A stretch of DNA of 48,037 nucleotides, taken from an uncultured Candidatus Saccharibacteria bacterium. GTDB taxonomy: Bacteria; Patescibacteriota; Doudnabacteria; UBA920; VMFF01. Location: contig CAYIKZ010000005.1 of the NCBI GenBank assembly GCA_964364285.1, positions 1 to 48,037 on the forward strand. The letters are read 5' to 3'. Below, in pieces: positions 44,643-48,037 of this stretch. A program made the position numbers and the translations under genes. The notes below the pieces were generated by a model. That model was given only the letters and a program-made list of their open reading frames with translations. It ran no database searches and was not told the DNA's origin. Within the stretch, counting starts at the first letter, position 1; each line of letters opens with the position of its first letter.

Positions 44643-45782
44643 ATGAATGAAGCGTTTGAACAGGCCTTAGAACAGATTGAAGATGAGAAAGGAATAGCAA
44701 GAGAAGAAATTCTTTTAATGATAGAAGCGTCTTTAGCCGCAGCTTTTAGAAAAGACTATGGTGAAAAAGATCAGAACATTGTTGTTGAGTTTAACCCAGA
44801 ACACTTATCAACAAAAGTTTTTGATGTAAAAACAGTTGTTGAAGAGGTTCTTGATCCTCAGAAAGAGATTAACTTAGAGGATGCAAAAGAAGTTTCTTCT
44901 AAATACAAACTGGGTGATGAGATAAAGACGGAGATTACTCCGAAAGACGGAACAAGCTATGGAAGAATCGCAGCTCAGACCGCCAAGCAGGTTATTATCC
45001 AGAAACTTCGTGAAGCAGAGCGTAATGTTATGTTCTCGGATTTCAAAGCAAAAGAAAGAACTTTACAGAATGGAACAGTTCAGCGTGTTGAAGGTGATAC
45101 TGTTTTAGTTGACTTAGGAAAAGCGACTGGTGTTCTTTTTCCTTCAGAACAGATTAGAGGAGAAAAATACATTCCCAACCAACGCTTAAAGGTTTTGGTT
45201 TTGCATGTTGAATCAGCAGCTAAGGGTCCTAAGATCACTCTTTCAAGAAGCCATCCAGACATGATTAGAAAGCTTTTTGAGTTAGAGGTTCCTGAAATTT
45301 ACAATGGAACAGTTGAAGTTAAATCAATTGCTAGAGAAGCAGGTTCAAGAACAAAGATCGCTGTTTCTTCAACACAAGACGGCATTGATCCAATCGGAGC
45401 TTGTGTTGGTCAGCGAGGTACAAGAGTTCAAACTGTTATGGCGGAAATTAGTGGTGAGAAAATCGACATCATTGAATGGGATGAAGATCCAGTTAAGTTC
45501 ATTGCAAACGCATTGTCACCCGCAAAGATCTTAAACGTTCAATTAGACATGGAAGAAAAGAGCGCTAAGGTTGGTGTTTTAGAGGACCAGCTTTCATTAG
45601 CAATTGGTAAAGCCGGACAAAATGTTCGTTTAGCCGCTCGTTTAACAGGCTGGAAAATAGATATAAATGGTGAGAAAATAACTCCAGAGGGAGAAGTTGA
45701 AGCAGGAGAAAGCGAAGTTGTTGCTGAAGTAGAGCATATCGCAGCAGCTCCTGAAGAAACTTCCTCTGAACAAGGAGAATAA
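44643..45782 (+). CDS. nusA: transcription termination/antitermination factor NusA
   Basis: [15 protein letters not shown]1 and KH domains, [21 protein letters not shown]. Confidence 0.97.
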   Translation: MNEAFEQALEQIEDEKGIAREEILLMIEASLAAAFRKDYGEKDQNIVVEFNPEHLSTKVFDVKTVVEEVLDPQKEINLEDAKEVSSKYKLGDEIKTEITPKDGTSYGRIAAQTAKQVIIQKLREAERNVMFSDFKAKERTLQNGTVQRVEGDTVLVDLGKATGVLFPSEQIRGEKYIPNQRLKVLVLHVESAAKGPKITLSRSHPDMIRKLFELEVPEIYNGTVEVKSIAREAGSRTKIAVSSTQDGIDPIGACVGQRGTRVQTVMAEISGEKIDIIEWDEDPVKFIANALSPAKILNVQLDMEEKSAKVGVLEDQLSLAIGKAGQNVRLAARLTGWKIDINGEKITPEGEVEAGESEVVAEVEHIAAAPEETSSEQGE

Positions 45783-45783
45783 C

Positions 45784-46377
45784 ATGCCTTTAATTCCAAT
45801 GGTTATAGACAAGGCGCCGATGGGTGAGCGCGCCTATGACATATATTCAAGATTGCTAAAAGACCGTATAATATTCTTAGGTGAGCCAATTGATGATCAT
45901 GTAGCAAATACCATCATTGCTCAACTGTTGTTCTTAGAAGCAGAGAACCCAAAAGAAGATATTAAGATATATATTAATTCTCCTGGTGGTTCTGTTACTT
46001 CAGCACTTGCTCTTTATGATACAATTCAGTACATGAAGTGTGATGTTGCAACAATTTGTATTGGACAAGCAGCATCAGCAGCAGCTGTGTTGCTCGCTTC
46101 AGGAACAAAAGGAAAGCGATATTCTTTACCAAATGCCAGAGTCTTGATTCATCAAGTTATGGGTGGAGCAGAAGGACAACAGAAAGATGTTGAAATCCAA
46201 GCTAAAGAAATGCTTCGTATCAAGAACCAGTTAAATGAAATTCTAAGCAGACATACAGGACAAAGTATTAAAAAGATAGAGCAAGATACTGACCGTGATT
46301 ATTTCATGACAGCAGAAGAAGCAAAAAAGTATGGTCTAGTTGATAAAATTATAAACAAGCAGGTATTATCTAAATAG
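45784..46377 (+). CDS. clpP: ATP-dependent Clp protease proteolytic subunit
   Basis: [34 protein letters not shown]. Confidence 0.97.
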   Translation: MPLIPMVIDKAPMGERAYDIYSRLLKDRIIFLGEPIDDHVANTIIAQLLFLEAENPKEDIKIYINSPGGSVTSALALYDTIQYMKCDVATICIGQAASAAAVLLASGTKGKRYSLPNARVLIHQVMGGAEGQQKDVEIQAKEMLRIKNQLNEILSRHTGQSIKKIEQDTDRDYFMTAEEAKKYGLVDKIINKQVLSK

Positions 46378-46395
46378 TCATTAAGACATAAAACT

Positions 46396-47454
46396 GTGGC
46401 TAAAAAAACATCGGTTTCATCTGAATCATCAGATCAAGAAACCAAAACAAAACCAAAAAAGAGAGTAGTGAGAAAAAAGAAAACAGGAACTGAAGATCAA
46501 CCTGATTTTTCTGTTTTTCCAAACAATGGTGGACCAGTACAGATGGACTCTGTGATTGATCCTGTTGCTGCAGAAAGCATTCACAGCAGATACCATTCTT
46601 TAGAACCAGTTGATGAAGAACAAAGAGACGAAGAAAAGCGCGATATAATGCGGGATATTAAGCCACGTGATTATAAACACGATGCTACTTTCTTAGTTCC
46701 TGAAAAATTTGGTTTTGAGTTAAAGCCACGACACAGTTTTCCAAAACAGGGAGGTCTTGGCGGAAAATTAGTTTGGATCATTTCTGGTTTAATAGTTATT
46801 TTGATTATTGTTTTTGTTTCTTTAAGCATCTATTCAAACAAGGTGGCAAATAATAATAGCGAAAATGTAGCAATTCCATCAGAACAAGCAGATCAGAACC
46901 AAAATACTGGAACTTACAGATTTGCAATATCTAATGTTCCTGGAGAGTTTAAATCGCCGCTAACAAGTTTGATTCAGAACAAGTTTAAAGATCAATTAGT
47001 TTTTGCAGAGAACTCAAGCACACTTCCTGCTGTAACTAAAGACACCTTGTTCATTAAACAAGCCGGTCAGCAACTAGCAACAGATCTGTTAGTCTTCCTT
47101 GCGTCAAATGGAATCAAAGCAGAGATGCAACAAGTAGATGATTTACAAGTTGAAGCAGTTTTGTATCTTTCAAGTACAGTCTCAAATCCTGACTTAAGTG
47201 GTTTAACAGCAGCTGCTTACAATGCAACAGGGGTAAGTGGTTTAGCTAAAAAGAATTGTGATGTTCTGATTAAATACAAAGTAACTAGTTGCAACGCACT
47301 AAATGCAACTGCAAATCAGACTGGTTCTACAGTTACATACAAAACTGCAAAAGCTTTGTTTGTGTTAAAGAGAACACCAGAATATGCAACCGCAAAGTTT
47401 GGATTAGCAGGAGCAGATCAGGTAGAAGATATACAGCTGACGATTGGGAAATAG
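46396..47454 (+). CDS. membrane protein with a C-terminal LytR_C-like domain
   Basis: Charged N-terminus, single TM, YNATGVSGLAKK...DIQLTIGK. Confidence 0.65.
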   Translation: MAKKTSVSSESSDQETKTKPKKRVVRKKKTGTEDQPDFSVFPNNGGPVQMDSVIDPVAAESIHSRYHSLEPVDEEQRDEEKRDIMRDIKPRDYKHDATFLVPEKFGFELKPRHSFPKQGGLGGKLVWIISGLIVILIIVFVSLSIYSNKVANNNSENVAIPSEQADQNQNTGTYRFAISNVPGEFKSPLTSLIQNKFKDQLVFAENSSTLPAVTKDTLFIKQAGQQLATDLLVFLASNGIKAEMQQVDDLQVEAVLYLSSTVSNPDLSGLTAAAYNATGVSGLAKKNCDVLIKYKVTSCNALNATANQTGSTVTYKTAKALFVLKRTPEYATAKFGLAGADQVEDIQLTIGK

Positions 47455-47474
47455 GTTAAGTTTTAAAGACATTC

Positions 47475-47504
47475 ATAAAACCCCCATTTAAATGGGGGTT
47501 TTAT
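47475..47504. terminator. intrinsic terminator
   Basis: ATAAAACCCCCAT-TTAA-ATGGGGGTTTTAT. Confidence 0.85.
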
Positions 47505-47541
47505 TGTGTAAAAACTATGGATAAGGGTGGTTTTTAGAGAG

Positions 47542-47570
47542 TTGACAGTGTTCCTAAAATCCTTTAGAAT
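47542..47570 (+). promoter_or_regulatory. rRNA promoter
   Basis: TTGACA-17nt-TAGAAT about 400 nt upstream of 16S; boxA-like AGCACTTTTAAAA at 47701. Confidence 0.75.
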
Positions 47571-47976
47571 ACCGGTACGTTTGAAGCTTTTAATATATAC
47601 ATAGGAGTAAGCGGCAGAATAACTATTCGGCAACTTAGGGAGGGTTGTAAAGACACCAAACTATCTTTGCGTGTTTTTTATTCGCTCCGAGGGCTTCAAA
47701 AGCACTTTTAAAAAAGAATATGCAAGCAAATGAATAGTGATAGAAATGTTACGTCTACATGCTTCAGTAAAATGAAGCGTGTACTCTAGATTTCCCAATC
47801 TAGTAAATATCCAATGAATTTTATTCGCATAATAGCGAACAATAGTTTGATAGTTTTCTAACAACGGTGTAAAAAACTATCGCCAGAAAAAGTTCTTAAG
47901 TCCCTGCAACTGCCCCCTCATTGGGGCGACCGTATACTTAACAATTACTTCTACCTTTTTACTTTTAGTAAAAAGT

Positions 47977-48037
<61 letters not shown>

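Noticed and set aside
47576-47976. Hairpin-rich region and the 67-aa ORF (47661-47864) before 16S
   Set aside because: Explained as the rRNA leader with processing stems.

Overview
An AT-rich bacterial chromosome segment. The gene content suggests Patescibacteria/CPR (inference): tandem VirB2/TrbC-type pilins, a short SMC, no rimM or rimP at their usual positions, and few Shine-Dalgarno sites. Most genes are housekeeping: nrnA, rbfA, infB, rnhB, hsp20, ftsK, rodZ-like, recA, dinG-like, dksA-like, lspA, ftsH, rnc, smc, rpsP, khpA, trmD, rluA-family, rplS, sod, rny, ymdB, nusA and clpP. There are also seven complete tRNA genes and the 5' end of a 16S rRNA. The non-routine signals are: (1) three unannotated, highly structured RNA candidates, namely a ~425-nt multi-domain RNA at 20367-20791 with its own promoter, boxA-like motif and terminator, a ~190-nt RNA closed by a perfect 18-bp stem at 21635-21828, and a ~200-nt rod-like RNA upstream of rny; (2) five parS-like palindromes written into an O-antigen-ligase-family gene; (3) tRNAs interleaved with protein genes at near-zero spacing, including two CDS whose stop codons overlap the tRNA; (4) dispersed GC-rich one- or two-gene modules, each with its own promoter and SD but no mobility genes. 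All calls come from reading the sequence by eye. No searches or folding programs were run.
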